Assembly (NCBI GenBank): GCA_028719205.1
Contig: JAQUKH010000013.1
Location: forward strand, 1 to 58,133
Reading direction: 5' to 3'
DNA: 58,133 nt
From: a bacterium
GTDB taxonomy: Bacteria > JACRDZ01 > JAQUKH01
Shown here one piece after another: positions 7,563 to 18,067 of the stretch; position 1 is the first letter of the stretch, and each line of letters begins with the position of its first letter. The translations under genes were made by a program, and so were the position numbers. The notes beneath the pieces are model-generated. The model did not search any database. It saw only the letters and a program-made list of their open reading frames with translations, and was not told where the DNA came from.

Positions 7563-9554
7563 TTACGCTTTATCTCCCATCGGCAGAAGTATGGTAAAGG
7601 TAGTTCCCTTATTCAATTCGCTTTCTAATTTTAATTCTCCTTTATGCACCTCAATTATACCCAGACAAATTATAAGCCCTAACCCTGTTCCTTCTTCTTT
7701 GGTTGTAAAAAACGGATTAAATATCTTATTCTTGACCTCTTCTGACATACCGCATCCGGTATCCCTGAAATCAATGCGTAAATAGTCTTCCTCCTGGGAA
7801 GTTTTAATAGTGATGGTTCCGCCATCAGGCATTGAATCTTTGGCGTTACTGATTAAATTCATAAAAACTTCCTGCATCTGTTGTTCGTTCACTGATACAG
7901 AAAGATCCTTCTGATAATCTCTTATTATCTCCACATTTGCTAACTTTAGCTGTTGTTCCACTATATTCACTATAGTGTCAATGCTCATATTAATATCAAC
8001 TTCCTTAACCTCGCCTTTGCTGGGCCTGGAAAATTTAAGGAGCCTCCGGATAATATTCTTTGCCCTCTGAGATTCCTCTATGATAATTTGCAGGTTACGT
8101 TTTACCTCATCGCTTAAAGGCCCTGACATTAAAGAAACCTGCGCGTTACCGGAAATTATCATCAAAGGATTATTGAACTCGTGAGCGATCTCAGAAACAA
8201 GCTTTCCCAGAGAAGCCATTTTTTCAGACCGGATCAGGATATTTTTGGCGCGCTTTAGTTCTTCAATATGCTTCTCTAATTTTTCCCTGATCAGATTATT
8301 ATCCGCTAACATGCTTAATAAGATCTCGCGGGATTTTACCTCCTGTTTCAAGGACTGGTTTAAATGCTCTTCCGCTTTTTTGCGTTCGATCACTTCTTTA
8401 TTCAAAATATCTAAGGAAGTCGTGGTTTCCCTTATATTTTTCGTCATTTTATCAAATTCCCGGGAAAGCTGTCCGATCTCATCTCTGGAATCATTGCCTA
8501 TCTGGTAGTCCAGATTACCTTTACCGATTATTTCTGCACCTTTTTGCAGTTCCTGTATAGGATCGGAAATGGACTTGGCTATCGTGAAAACGGCTAATGC
8601 TGTAGAAAAAATAGTTATTAAAATGACAACGATCAATAATTTTTTCAGCCTATCGACAGGTAAAAATGCTTCTTCTGAGTCGATCTTTGATACCAACCCC
8701 CATCCCAGATCTTCAATCGGCAGCCACACGGACAGGACTTCTTTTCCCCGGTAGTCAATGGTTAAACCCGAGCCGGTTTCTCCTAATGCTGATTTTTGGG
8801 CCGGCAAACCATATTCCCCGCCGATATTTATTGTTTGTGCTGAGATAGCTTCCTGTTGGTATTTTAACGGGCTTAAGAATATAACCTTATTATCCGGCGT
8901 TTTTTTAACAATTATTGTCTCCAAACTTTTTCCAAGTTCAGAGTTATCCTGTATAAATTTAAACCACTTAACCATATCTAATTCCAGATAGATCAAACCT
9001 ATAACTTTATTCGCGTTGTCATAGGCCGGAGCCGCAAGAAATAAATTATATGAGTACCGTTTGTTGATAGTTTTATGAAGCTCCCCGACATATATACCAT
9101 TTTTTGATTGCTGGAAAACATCATCTTTATTGGGTATAGCATTACCTATTTCCGGCTCAAATGCCGTATCAAAAACATAAATAATCTTTCCATCTATGTT
9201 TGTCAGCTTAATATCAATATAGCTTTGCGTGAGCTGGGATACAGCAAAACGTTGATCGACCTCTTTCCTGGCATTAATGTAGGAAGGATTTGACCGGTCT
9301 TTGTAAAATTGATCCAGTACGCGAAAATGTGTTTTGTATATATCAAGCTGCTCCATTAGAAGGAGGTCCTGCTTTCTTTCATTAAAAAATGTCTCAATTC
9401 CGCTCTTTTCTTCATTGTTAATAATACTTAATTTGGAAAGTATCTCTTTTTCTATGATATTTTTAGAGTTATTAAAAACCAGATTGCTTACAAACATCAC
9501 AGGTATGATTGCGAATGCTAAAAATATAATGACTAGTTTGATATAAATGCGCAT
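7563..9554 (-). CDS. Sensor histidine kinase (TM-Cache-like-TM-HAMP-HisKA-HATPase)
   Basis: Two TM segments, HAMP (DEIGQLSREFDKM), H-box EIAHEFNNPL, and N, G1 (DTGCGM), F (PFFTTK) and G2 (GTGLGL) boxes. Confidence 0.93.
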   Translation of the reverse strand: MRIYIKLVIIFLAFAIIPVMFVSNLVFNNSKNIIEKEILSKLSIINNEEKSGIETFFNERKQDLLLMEQLDIYKTHFRVLDQFYKDRSNPSYINARKEVDQRFAVSQLTQSYIDIKLTNIDGKIIYVFDTAFEPEIGNAIPNKDDVFQQSKNGIYVGELHKTINKRYSYNLFLAAPAYDNANKVIGLIYLELDMVKWFKFIQDNSELGKSLETIIVKKTPDNKVIFLSPLKYQQEAISAQTINIGGEYGLPAQKSALGETGSGLTIDYRGKEVLSVWLPIEDLGWGLVSKIDSEEAFLPVDRLKKLLIVVILITIFSTALAVFTIAKSISDPIQELQKGAEIIGKGNLDYQIGNDSRDEIGQLSREFDKMTKNIRETTTSLDILNKEVIERKKAEEHLNQSLKQEVKSREILLSMLADNNLIREKLEKHIEELKRAKNILIRSEKMASLGKLVSEIAHEFNNPLMIISGNAQVSLMSGPLSDEVKRNLQIIIEESQRAKNIIRRLLKFSRPSKGEVKEVDINMSIDTIVNIVEQQLKLANVEIIRDYQKDLSVSVNEQQMQEVFMNLISNAKDSMPDGGTITIKTSQEEDYLRIDFRDTGCGMSEEVKNKIFNPFFTTKEEGTGLGLIICLGIIEVHKGELKLESELNKGTTFTILLPMGDKA

Positions 9555-9556
9555 GT

Positions 9557-10183
9557 TTATTTGTTTCTTTCCGTTAAAACTATCCCTGCACCGAACAAGA
9601 CAAAAAGTATTGCGGTATGTATCGCCATGGCGCTGGATTTACCGGGAATATCAAAATAAAGTAAAGGCAGATTAATGCTATAACCCAGGATCGCTATTAA
9701 TCCGGTTATGGCTGCCGTTCCACAAAAGATTGCCGGTAATTTGTTCAGGCTCCTGATATTCATAGTCGTTAAGATTCCCGACATGGCTATCAGAATAAAA
9801 TTTATCATGGTAACAATAGACGGCCTGCCCGGGGTTACGCTTCCGACTGCAATCGTCGAATCCTTGACGAACATTTCCTCGACGCCCACATTTATTCCAA
9901 TGGCTGTAGAGGCGAGTAAACTTACCATAAGAAGTAAAATGGACATGCTTAGTATAGGTATAATAATAACTGCCAAATCGCGGTTTTTCTTCCGAAACCG
10001 CGCAATAAAATAGAGTTCTATTCCGCACAGGAAGAATGAAAGCGCCGTGGGAAATTTCATAGAGACCCAGACAGGCAAAATGCTTTTTAACACCCCGATA
10101 TTTAAGAACCATCCGACCATGACAACCACACTGCTTAGTGTAATTAAAATTCCAAGAGCTTCAGGAATATTATCTTTTTTCAT
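9557..10183 (-). CDS. Stand-alone multi-TM protein resembling the N-terminal membrane sensor region of PAS kinases
   Basis: About 6 hydrophobic segments, SMKFPTALSF and MAIHTA motifs, no output domain. Confidence 0.6.
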   Translation of the reverse strand: MKKDNIPEALGILITLSSVVVMVGWFLNIGVLKSILPVWVSMKFPTALSFFLCGIELYFIARFRKKNRDLAVIIIPILSMSILLLMVSLLASTAIGINVGVEEMFVKDSTIAVGSVTPGRPSIVTMINFILIAMSGILTTMNIRSLNKLPAIFCGTAAITGLIAILGYSINLPLLYFDIPGKSSAMAIHTAILFVLFGAGIVLTERNK

Positions 10184-11117
10184 TCAGTTCCTTTTTAAAC
10201 ATTTCAATTTCTTTTTTAAGCTCCAGTATCCGCTCCTCCCTGCATACGCTGGCTTTATAAAAAATTTCCAACTCCTGCAAACGCTTACGCATTTCTTCTT
10301 CCATCTTCTTGCGTTCGGTAATGTCGCGATGAAAAGCTACTACCAATTTTTCAAAACCAATTTCCACTAAATTTGTCACCACTTCAAGGGGAAAAATATG
10401 GCCGTCCTTATGATAATGTTCTGCTTCGAATTGTAATGTTTCACCTTTCAAAATACGCTGTATTCTTTCAGGAAATGTTTTTATTGTTTCCGGAGTATCC
10501 AGCTCATTTAATTCCATATTTAATATTTCTTCTTTATTGTAACCGTGCATCCTGGCAAAAGAATCATTTACCGCTATGATCTTGCCGCTTAAATTTAAGA
10601 AGAATATACCGTCGCTCGCGTTATTAAATAATTTCCGGTAGCGCTCCTCGGCGCGCTTTTGTTCAGTGATGTCGCGCGCGACATGCACACTGCCGATAAT
10701 CTGTCCGGTCTCGTCGCGTAAAGGATTTATTCTGGCTTCAAAAAAACCGTCAAGGTGTTTCTCCTTGAACTCGGCATATTCTTCTTTTTCGCTTTTCAGC
10801 ATTCTGGTGTGCGGGCAGAAATCAGGGGGCGCGGATAAACCATGCATAACCTCGTAGCAATAACGCCCCGTCATCTGGCTTGGGACACTTCCCAGCCGCG
10901 CTGCCATGGCCCAGTTTATCCGGATGATGCGGTATTCTCTATCTATCAGCGCGATAAGGTCAGGAACCAGATCAAAAGTCCGCTGCCATTCTTTTTTGTC
11001 ACGAGTGGCTCTTTCCTCAGCCTGCTTCCGCCTGACATCCGATATCTCGAGTTCCGCGATCCGCTTTTGCAGGAGCTTTATTTCTTCAATGAGTTCTTCT
11101 TTGGTTTTCTCTGTCAT
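10170..11117 (-). CDS. PAS-PAS protein with no catalytic output domain
   Basis: Likely start MTEKTKEELIEE (11117). Two PAS/PAC units end in RDITE. C-terminal coiled tail REERILELKKEI. Confidence 0.85.
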   Translation of the reverse strand: MTEKTKEELIEEIKLLQKRIAELEISDVRRKQAEERATRDKKEWQRTFDLVPDLIALIDREYRIIRINWAMAARLGSVPSQMTGRYCYEVMHGLSAPPDFCPHTRMLKSEKEEYAEFKEKHLDGFFEARINPLRDETGQIIGSVHVARDITEQKRAEERYRKLFNNASDGIFFLNLSGKIIAVNDSFARMHGYNKEEILNMELNELDTPETIKTFPERIQRILKGETLQFEAEHYHKDGHIFPLEVVTNLVEIGFEKLVVAFHRDITERKKMEEEMRKRLQELEIFYKASVCREERILELKKEIEMFKKELNEKR

Positions 11118-11251
11118 TATAACGATAATTATCGACAAAACCATTGATAAACTTAGTCTTTTAGTGATTAAGGATTTTCAAAAAATTATATAAAAATATT
11201 TAAAAATAAGTATATAATCAATATCGCGAATTACTAAAAGGAGGATCTCTA

Positions 11252-11482
11252 ATGGCAAAGAAAACAATTGTTGTTCTATGTATATTTTTAGCCGGTATTG
11301 CTGTTATCTACGGCTGTAAAGGCAGTGAAACAAGGAAAGTCGCGGAGGAAATAAGGGACGAAGTCACGGGGAACCGGGCAGTGCAGCAGGGTGAAAAGGC
11401 AAAAAAAAATATTGAAGAGATTGAAAAACAAAACGCTGAAAGGAATGAAAATTTTAAGAAACAAACAGGGGACAGCGAATAA
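11252..11482 (+). CDS. Small putative lipoprotein
   Basis: GGAGG RBS, signal peptide with lipobox-like IYG-C, charged helical body. Confidence 0.7.
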   Translation: MAKKTIVVLCIFLAGIAVIYGCKGSETRKVAEEIRDEVTGNRAVQQGEKAKKNIEEIEKQNAERNENFKKQTGDSE

Positions 11483-11488
11483 TGCGGA

Positions 11489-12517
11489 TTAAATATTTTC
11501 AGTAATAAAATTCCTTAAATTTTCCTGATATTTTTCTGTGCTTTTGATAATTTTGGTCATCATATCGACCACCAGCCATGGTTGTTTTCCAATAGCTGTT
11601 TCCCCGGAAAGCATGAGATATTCCGCGCCATCCAGAATGGCGTTAGCTACATCGCTGACCTCGGCGCGGGTTGGCGTATTATTTTCGGTCATGGTTTCAA
11701 GCATCTGGGTTGCAACTACTACGGGTTTTCCTTCAATGTTACATTTTTTAATAATCTCTTTCTGGAATATAGGAACTTTATAAATAGGAAGGCTTATTCC
11801 AAGGTCTCCCCGCGCGACAACAATGCCGTCGGACTCTTTGATGATATCATCTATATTCCGCAGCGCCTCCTTATTTTCTATTTTCGCGAAAACCTTGCAG
11901 TCAGAGCGGTTGTTTTTGATTATATCTTTAATAAGAAGTATGTCCCTTGCGTTCCTTACGAAAGACTGGGCAATATAATCAACTTTGTGTTTTATTCCGA
12001 AATTCAAGTCCATTTTATCCTTATCTGTCAAGGCATCAAAAGGAAGGTTTACGTCAAGGATATTGATCCCTTTTCGTTCCTTAAGTATTCCGGCAACTAA
12101 AATCTTTGTTTTAAGACGGTTTTTTTCTCTGGCAGTGACTTTTAAAAGTATTTTCCCGTCATCTATGCTGATCAGGTTTCCGGTTTTAATTAAATTAAGC
12201 GGCCCTTTATAGTCAAATGACGCTTCTTTTTCATTTCCGGTAATTTCTTCCTGTATAAGATAAAAAACGGAATTTTTGTTTAACGGGATATCCTTTCCCA
12301 GTTTTCCGATGCGGATACGGTATCCTTCCAGGTCCTGCATGATCTTTATGTTTTTATTAAGGCCGCGGACAAGCCTGATCCTCTGCAGTTGCTTTTGCGG
12401 TGACCCGTGCGAGAAATTAAGACGGATAACATCCAAGCCGGAGGAAATCATTTTTTTAAGAATTAATATATCATCAGTAGCAGGGCCCAATGTGGCAATT
12501 ATTTTAGTTTTCTTCAT
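11489..12517 (-). CDS. pyk: Pyruvate kinase lacking the C-terminal regulatory domain
   Basis: KTKIIATLGPA, RLNFSHG, AKIEN, VARGDLG, ATQMLETM, PTRAEVSDVANA, MLSGETA. The protein ends at 342 aa. Confidence 0.92.
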   Translation of the reverse strand: MKKTKIIATLGPATDDILILKKMISSGLDVIRLNFSHGSPQKQLQRIRLVRGLNKNIKIMQDLEGYRIRIGKLGKDIPLNKNSVFYLIQEEITGNEKEASFDYKGPLNLIKTGNLISIDDGKILLKVTAREKNRLKTKILVAGILKERKGINILDVNLPFDALTDKDKMDLNFGIKHKVDYIAQSFVRNARDILLIKDIIKNNRSDCKVFAKIENKEALRNIDDIIKESDGIVVARGDLGISLPIYKVPIFQKEIIKKCNIEGKPVVVATQMLETMTENNTPTRAEVSDVANAILDGAEYLMLSGETAIGKQPWLVVDMMTKIIKSTEKYQENLRNFITENI

Positions 12518-12615
12518 GTTAATTTATATTCTATCCTTTTTTAAGATTTTGTCGATAGAAAATGATAAATGTTTTTCATCAGAAATAATTGTTTTTAATG
12601 ATATAATTTATACTT

Positions 12616-14028
12616 ATGCTGAATAAAATATTGAACAGAGAAACTAACTCGATAAGCGCGGGCGGGATCATATTCGCTTTTTCCGCGCTATTAAGCAGGA
12701 TACTGGGATTAGTCCGCGACCGCCTTCTGGCAAATCAATTCGGGGCGGGCGAGGTGCTTGACGTTTATTATGCCTCATTCCAGATACCGGACTTTTTTTA
12801 TAACCTTTTTATTCTAGGGACGCTTTCTGTCGCCTTTATCCCGGTCTTTACCAGTTATATCCAGAACGGGGAAAGGCAGAAGTTCAGCGAGGAAGCTTTG
12901 AGTTTCGCGAATTCAATATTGAATCTGGTATTCCTTCTTATGGGAGCTGGATGTTTTATCCTGATAATTTTAGCGCCTTATATTTTGCACTTTATTGTGC
13001 CTGGTTTTTCAGGGGGAAAATACGCGGAAACCGTGATGATGACGCGAGTTATGCTTTTTTCTCCGTTTTTTTTCAGCATCAGCAGTGTGTTCGGGAGCAT
13101 GCTGACAAGCTTCAGAAGGTTTATAGTTATTTGCATAGCACCCATACTTTATAACGCAGGAATTATTTTTGGCGTGATTTTTTTAGCGCCGATTTTCGGG
13201 GTTAAGGGACTGGCTTTAGGTGTAATTTCAGGCGCGTTTTTACATATGCTGGTCCAGTTTTTCGCGACGAAAAATCTTGGTTACCGTTACCAGAAAATTA
13301 TAGATGTTAATAGCGCCGGAATAAAAAAATTTACAAGGCTTTTTATTCCGCGGATCATTTCAATGGATCTTTCTCAGGTCAGCATCCTGATCGCCAATAT
13401 TTTCGGGTCTGTTTTAACAGGGGGAAGCATTGCTGTTTTCAACCTGGCAAATAATATACAAAGCCTTCCTCTGGGGCTTTTCGGTATCTCTCTTGCATCT
13501 GCCGCGTTTCCGCATCTTTCAGAAGCGGCGTCAGATAAAAATTTTATAAAATTCAGGGAACATCTTTCTAAAACAAGCTGGAAAATAATTTTTTTCATAC
13601 TGTCCGCGAGTGTGATCCTTTTTATTTTCAGCCAGCCGATAGTCAGGTTGCTTCTTTCCACCGGAAAATTTTCCGCTAAAGAGGCGGCGTTGACCTCAGC
13701 TGTTTTATCGTGTTTCTGCCTGAGCCTTTTTCCTCAGGGATTGATCCCGCTTTTCCTCAGGGCGTTTTATTCCCTGCAGGATACGGTTACCCCGCTTATT
13801 ATTAATATCGTAAGCATTATTATTGACGTTTTAGCAAGTTTTTTATTCGTCCGCTTATTGGGTTCGTCCGGCTGGATGAATAAATTTATCTATGATTATT
13901 TCGGAATTTTTCGAACAGAGGATATCCGTGTATTGGGGCTGGCACTGGGTTTTTCCCTGGCAAGCTGGATAAATCTTTTGTTGATTTATTCTTTAATATA
14001 TTTAAGGTTAAAAAAAATTGATGCATAA
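12616..14028 (+). CDS. murJ: Lipid II flippase MurJ (MviN)
   Basis: LLSRILGLVRD...FGAG...DVYYASFQIPD, AFIPVF, RAFYSLQDTVTP; multi-TM. Confidence 0.92.
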   Translation: MLNKILNRETNSISAGGIIFAFSALLSRILGLVRDRLLANQFGAGEVLDVYYASFQIPDFFYNLFILGTLSVAFIPVFTSYIQNGERQKFSEEALSFANSILNLVFLLMGAGCFILIILAPYILHFIVPGFSGGKYAETVMMTRVMLFSPFFFSISSVFGSMLTSFRRFIVICIAPILYNAGIIFGVIFLAPIFGVKGLALGVISGAFLHMLVQFFATKNLGYRYQKIIDVNSAGIKKFTRLFIPRIISMDLSQVSILIANIFGSVLTGGSIAVFNLANNIQSLPLGLFGISLASAAFPHLSEAASDKNFIKFREHLSKTSWKIIFFILSASVILFIFSQPIVRLLLSTGKFSAKEAALTSAVLSCFCLSLFPQGLIPLFLRAFYSLQDTVTPLIINIVSIIIDVLASFLFVRLLGSSGWMNKFIYDYFGIFRTEDIRVLGLALGFSLASWINLLLIYSLIYLRLKKIDA

Positions 14029-15151
14029 ATTCAGCTTATTTTCATTTTTTTCTGTCTTTTTATTGATGTACTTTGGGGGACATTATTATATTTATAACCG
14101 CATTGTTAACGGAATGTGTCTTACAGCCGTTTCAAAATACTCTCTTCTGTCGTTTTTTTGCCTGGCATCATTATCTTTTTTCCTGACAAGGTTTTTCCCT
14201 CAAAATATTCTGACGGAATATTTTCGTCCGGTAGCTTATTTTGGTAATATATGGGTTGGAGTTGCCGCGATATCTGTTTCAGTATTTTTTATCAGGGACC
14301 TTATAAGGATATTTTTCAGGGGAGATAACTTCTCTTACTATTCTACGGTTTCCTGCATAATAATTATCGGCTTAATAAGCGTGTATTCCTTTTATAATGT
14401 CCGCCGAGGCGTGGCGGTAAAAGAAATAAAGATAAAAACGGATAAATTGCCCGAAGGAATTGACAATTTCTCGGTCGTCCAGATTTCAGACCTGCATCTG
14501 GATTATTTATCCTCAGGGCAGTGGTTGGAAAAAGTTGTGGAACAAACCAACGTGCTTAGCCCCGACCTTATTGTAATTACCGGTGATACGATAGAGCGGG
14601 GTATAGACCACCGGGATGATTTTTCCATTAAACTCAAAAGGCTTTCTTCCCGTTACGGCGTTTTCGGGATTTTGGGAAATCATGAATACTATACCGGGCT
14701 TAATACCTTTTTCAGGTTTGCCGGGCAATCAAACATAAAAATTCTTCGTAATGAAAAAGTTACCATTGATAATTTTATAGAACTTGTGGGCCTTGACGAT
14801 AAAACAGGAAAGCAGTTCGGAGAAACAGCCCCGGGTATTGAAAATCTTTTTAAAACAGTTGATGATAAAAAGCTGGTAATTGTTCTGGCTCACAGGCCGG
14901 ATGCCTATAAAGATATTTTAAAATTCGGTTTTGACCTTCAGCTTTCCGGGCACACTCACGCGGGGCAGATCCCGCCGGGGGACCTGATCGTCAGATTATA
15001 TTATAAGTATCCGTATGGTTTATATTCTTTGCCTGATCCAAAAAAGGGGAAGAATTCTTTTATCTATACCACATCGGGAACAGGAACATGGGCTCCCCCT
15101 CTCAGGCTTTTTTCACGGTCGGAAATTGTTAAGATCATTTTTGAAAGATAG
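14021..15151 (+). CDS. Membrane-bound metallophosphoesterase (YkuE-like)
   Basis: N-terminal TMs; SDLH, ITGD, LGNHE, LAHRP, LSGHTHAGQ. Confidence 0.92.
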   Translation: MHKFSLFSFFSVFLLMYFGGHYYIYNRIVNGMCLTAVSKYSLLSFFCLASLSFFLTRFFPQNILTEYFRPVAYFGNIWVGVAAISVSVFFIRDLIRIFFRGDNFSYYSTVSCIIIIGLISVYSFYNVRRGVAVKEIKIKTDKLPEGIDNFSVVQISDLHLDYLSSGQWLEKVVEQTNVLSPDLIVITGDTIERGIDHRDDFSIKLKRLSSRYGVFGILGNHEYYTGLNTFFRFAGQSNIKILRNEKVTIDNFIELVGLDDKTGKQFGETAPGIENLFKTVDDKKLVIVLAHRPDAYKDILKFGFDLQLSGHTHAGQIPPGDLIVRLYYKYPYGLYSLPDPKKGKNSFIYTTSGTGTWAPPLRLFSRSEIVKIIFER

Positions 15152-15169
15152 CTTATTGGCAAAAATTTA

Positions 15170-15631
15170 TTATAATTCCTCCGGTGAAATTATTTCCAGC
15201 TGATGGTATCCTAACAGCTGGTTGATGCCTTTGATCTTGATCTTTGTTCCATACTTGATCAGATCCTGATCGTCTACAGTTACAATAGCAGGGATATTAT
15301 TTACAGAGGCTGACGCGATTTCTTTGTAAAGAATATTTTTACCAGAGGGGAACAGGCCGTATTTTTTATATTCATCGGAAAGTTCATTTATTTCCTGGTT
15401 TTCTACTATAATGATCGGTTTTAATTTTTCTACCAGGCTTTTAAATTTTTCTTTTGCCTGGTCTTTCCAGGTATTGGTTTTTTCGGCGCATCCATTAGAA
15501 ATAAAAACAACAAAATTATTATTTTGGATAATGGACAAAAATTGTTCTGTTATGTTTTTTTTCTGTGCGGGTTCATTCGATAATAATTCCCAAAGGGAAT
15601 ACTCAAAAAATAAATCTGTTTCTTTTTTCAT
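15170..15631 (-). CDS. Degenerate PIN-domain-like protein
   Basis: The C-terminal pattern ELSDEY...IASASVNNIPAIVT...INQLLGYHQLEIISPEEL resembles a PIN subfamily. Catalytic acidic residues appear altered. Confidence 0.55.
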   Translation of the reverse strand: MKKETDLFFEYSLWELLSNEPAQKKNITEQFLSIIQNNNFVVFISNGCAEKTNTWKDQAKEKFKSLVEKLKPIIIVENQEINELSDEYKKYGLFPSGKNILYKEIASASVNNIPAIVTVDDQDLIKYGTKIKIKGINQLLGYHQLEIISPEEL

Positions 15632-16329
15632 TTTTTCTCCAAAATAAAGATGTGGGGCGGATGTTCTTTTAAAAACAATTGCCAGAAAAAGTATGTTTTA
15701 TGTAAAAACCCATAAATAATTGTATTCTTTTTTATTTTTAATGGATCGAAGAAAAACGTAAAAGCTATAATATCTTTTTTTAATGAAAATCCTGATTTTG
15801 AGAATAAACGCGTATAATATTTTCTTGTCCTTAAAAAAAAGAAATCATTTTTTGTTTTTTGCAGCTTTACGATATGGTCACGAAAGATTATTAATCCGCC
15901 TTTTTTAAGGGAACAAAAAATTTTATTCACTAATTTTTCGCATTCTTCATCTTTTAACAGTTCAAGTATGCCGGAACAGATAATAAGATCATAGCATTCT
16001 TTATTATTTATGTTCCAGTCATTTATATCAGATTTTACAAGTAATATGTTTTCAATATTTTCGTTTCTGGCCCTCAGGCGGATAAACTTCAGCATTTCAT
16101 TTGAGATATCAAGAGCGGTAACTTCTTTTACTTTAGGCGCAAGCCAAAGGCTCCATCGTCCCATACCGGAGCCGATGTCGAGTATTTTCCAATTTGGAGA
16201 AAAACTAATATTTTGACCGATGATCCATTTTTCAAAAAGTTCAGTTTTTGTAGCATTGGTATTGTGTCCATGGATTGTATCAGCCAGATTATTTTTTGCG
16301 GTATCCCAATATTTGTTGTTAAAACTCAT
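15628..16329 (-). CDS. Class I SAM-dependent methyltransferase
   Basis: ILDIGSGMG, ALDIS, YDLIIC, LKKGG motifs; ATGA-type overlap with the downstream gene. Confidence 0.9.
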   Translation of the reverse strand: MSFNNKYWDTAKNNLADTIHGHNTNATKTELFEKWIIGQNISFSPNWKILDIGSGMGRWSLWLAPKVKEVTALDISNEMLKFIRLRARNENIENILLVKSDINDWNINNKECYDLIICSGILELLKDEECEKLVNKIFCSLKKGGLIIFRDHIVKLQKTKNDFFFLRTRKYYTRLFSKSGFSLKKDIIAFTFFFDPLKIKKNTIIYGFLHKTYFFWQLFLKEHPPHIFILEKK

Positions 16330-16476
16330 GTTGGTTTATTTCCCCCATATTCAGTAAGGATTGTAATTTTTTTTGTGGAATATGTCAATATATTAGCAAG
16401 AAGATAGTTTATTGACAAAAGGGCCTTATTTTGCTATCCTTTTTGTTTCAAAATAAAATCAGTATAGTATATTCAA

Positions 16477-17358
16477 ATGATCATGCAAAAAAAAATACTA
16501 TGTTTAATGTTGATTTCTTTTATACTTAATCTGTCTTTTGTTTTTGCGGAATCTAACGTATTCGAGACATTGAAGCAAAATCTGATTAAAGACGGGTTTG
16601 AGCCGGAATTTATCGAAAAAATATACAGCCAGCCATATTCTGAATTTATCCCTCATATAATCACAATTAATGTGAAGCAGGCCGTCAATGGTGCCAATTT
16701 TGTTCAATATAATGAAGATGCCGTTGCTGAAAAAGTGAAAAGCTACATAGCGGAAAATAATGAATTTCTGTCCAAACTTTATGAAAAGTATAATGTGCCT
16801 CCTGAGATAATCTGCTCAATACTTATGGTCGAATCGAAGCTTGGTTCATATATGGGAAAATACAGGGTGATAAATATTTACTCAAGTATGGCGGCTTCCA
16901 ATACGGATAAGGCGATAGATGATATCTATGAAAGGTATCAGGATGACGCGAAGTTAACTGAAGAGCAGAAACTTTCCAGGGAAAATATCGCGCAGAGGGT
17001 CAAGAAAAAATCCGATTGGGCGTATAGTGAATTAAAAATATTTTTAAAATTTGTAAAAGATAATAATATCGATCCCTTTGAAATAAAAGGTTCGTTTTCG
17101 GGGGCATTCGGGCTTGCCCAGTTTATTCCGTCCAGTTTTGCCCGTTTCGCGGTGGATGGCAATGGGGACGGGAAGATAGATCTTTATAACCAGTATGACG
17201 CGATGGCGAGCATCGCGAATTACCTGAAGGAAAACGGTTGGAAAAAAGACCTGACAAAAGCGCAGGAAAAAGATGTAATAGGGACTTATAACCATAATAA
17301 ATATTATGTTGACGCGGTTGCCAATATCGCGGAAAAAATAGTAAGCAGTAAACAGTAG
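16477..17358 (+). CDS. Lytic murein transglycosylase (MltB/SLT_2 family)
   Basis: Signal peptide; [51 protein letters not shown]. Confidence 0.92.
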   Translation: MIMQKKILCLMLISFILNLSFVFAESNVFETLKQNLIKDGFEPEFIEKIYSQPYSEFIPHIITINVKQAVNGANFVQYNEDAVAEKVKSYIAENNEFLSKLYEKYNVPPEIICSILMVESKLGSYMGKYRVINIYSSMAASNTDKAIDDIYERYQDDAKLTEEQKLSRENIAQRVKKKSDWAYSELKIFLKFVKDNNIDPFEIKGSFSGAFGLAQFIPSSFARFAVDGNGDGKIDLYNQYDAMASIANYLKENGWKKDLTKAQEKDVIGTYNHNKYYVDAVANIAEKIVSSKQ

Positions 17359-17395
17359 ATATATTCTGTTTAAACTTATTGCCGGGGGATCTGAT

Positions 17396-18019
17396 ATGAA
17401 AAAAAGAATAGCTGAGATTAAACGTAAGACGAGCGAAACAAATATCAGGCTTTTGTTAAATCTGGATGGGACAGGAAAATACAAAATAAAAACACAGGTT
17501 CCTTTTATTACCCACATGCTGGACTTATTTTCGAAACACGGAAGATTTGACCTGGAAATAGACGCGTTGGGAGATATACAATTGGGGGATCATCACTTAG
17601 TGGAGGATCTTGGTATTTGTCTTGGAGAGGCGGTAAAAAAAGCATTAGGAGACAAAAAAGGAATAAAACGTTACGGAGAAGCGTCTGTGCCGATGGATGA
17701 AACTTTGGTAAAAGTCATTTTAGATATAAGTGGCAGGCCTTATCTTGTTTATAATGTTAATCCGAAAAACTTAAAGAGCATTTTTAGGGGGATAAAGGAT
17801 CCTGAAAAAATAGGTAAGTTTGATTATAGATTGACAAGGGAATTTTTTCAAGCCTTTTGTAATAACGCAGGGGTCACCCTTCATATCCGTTTGGAATATG
17901 GTGATGAGCTGCATCATATTATTGAGGCTATTTTTAAAGCCTTTGGCAGGGCGCTCGGTATGGCGACACAAAAGGACCCGAGGATTAAAACACTCCCTTC
18001 AACGAAGGGTAAATTATAA
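17396..18019 (+). CDS. hisB: Imidazoleglycerol-phosphate dehydratase
   Basis: [33 protein letters not shown]. Confidence 0.97.
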   Translation: MKKRIAEIKRKTSETNIRLLLNLDGTGKYKIKTQVPFITHMLDLFSKHGRFDLEIDALGDIQLGDHHLVEDLGICLGEAVKKALGDKKGIKRYGEASVPMDETLVKVILDISGRPYLVYNVNPKNLKSIFRGIKDPEKIGKFDYRLTREFFQAFCNNAGVTLHIRLEYGDELHHIIEAIFKAFGRALGMATQKDPRIKTLPSTKGKL

Positions 18020-18026
18020 AATTATC

Positions 18027-18054
18027 GTACGGGCGGTTCGCGAACCGCCCCTAC
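18027..18054. repeat. GTAG-type REP palindrome between hisB and hisH
   Basis: GTACGGGCGGTTCGCGAACCGCCCCTAC. Confidence 0.9.
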
Positions 18055-18067
18055 AAATTAATGAACT

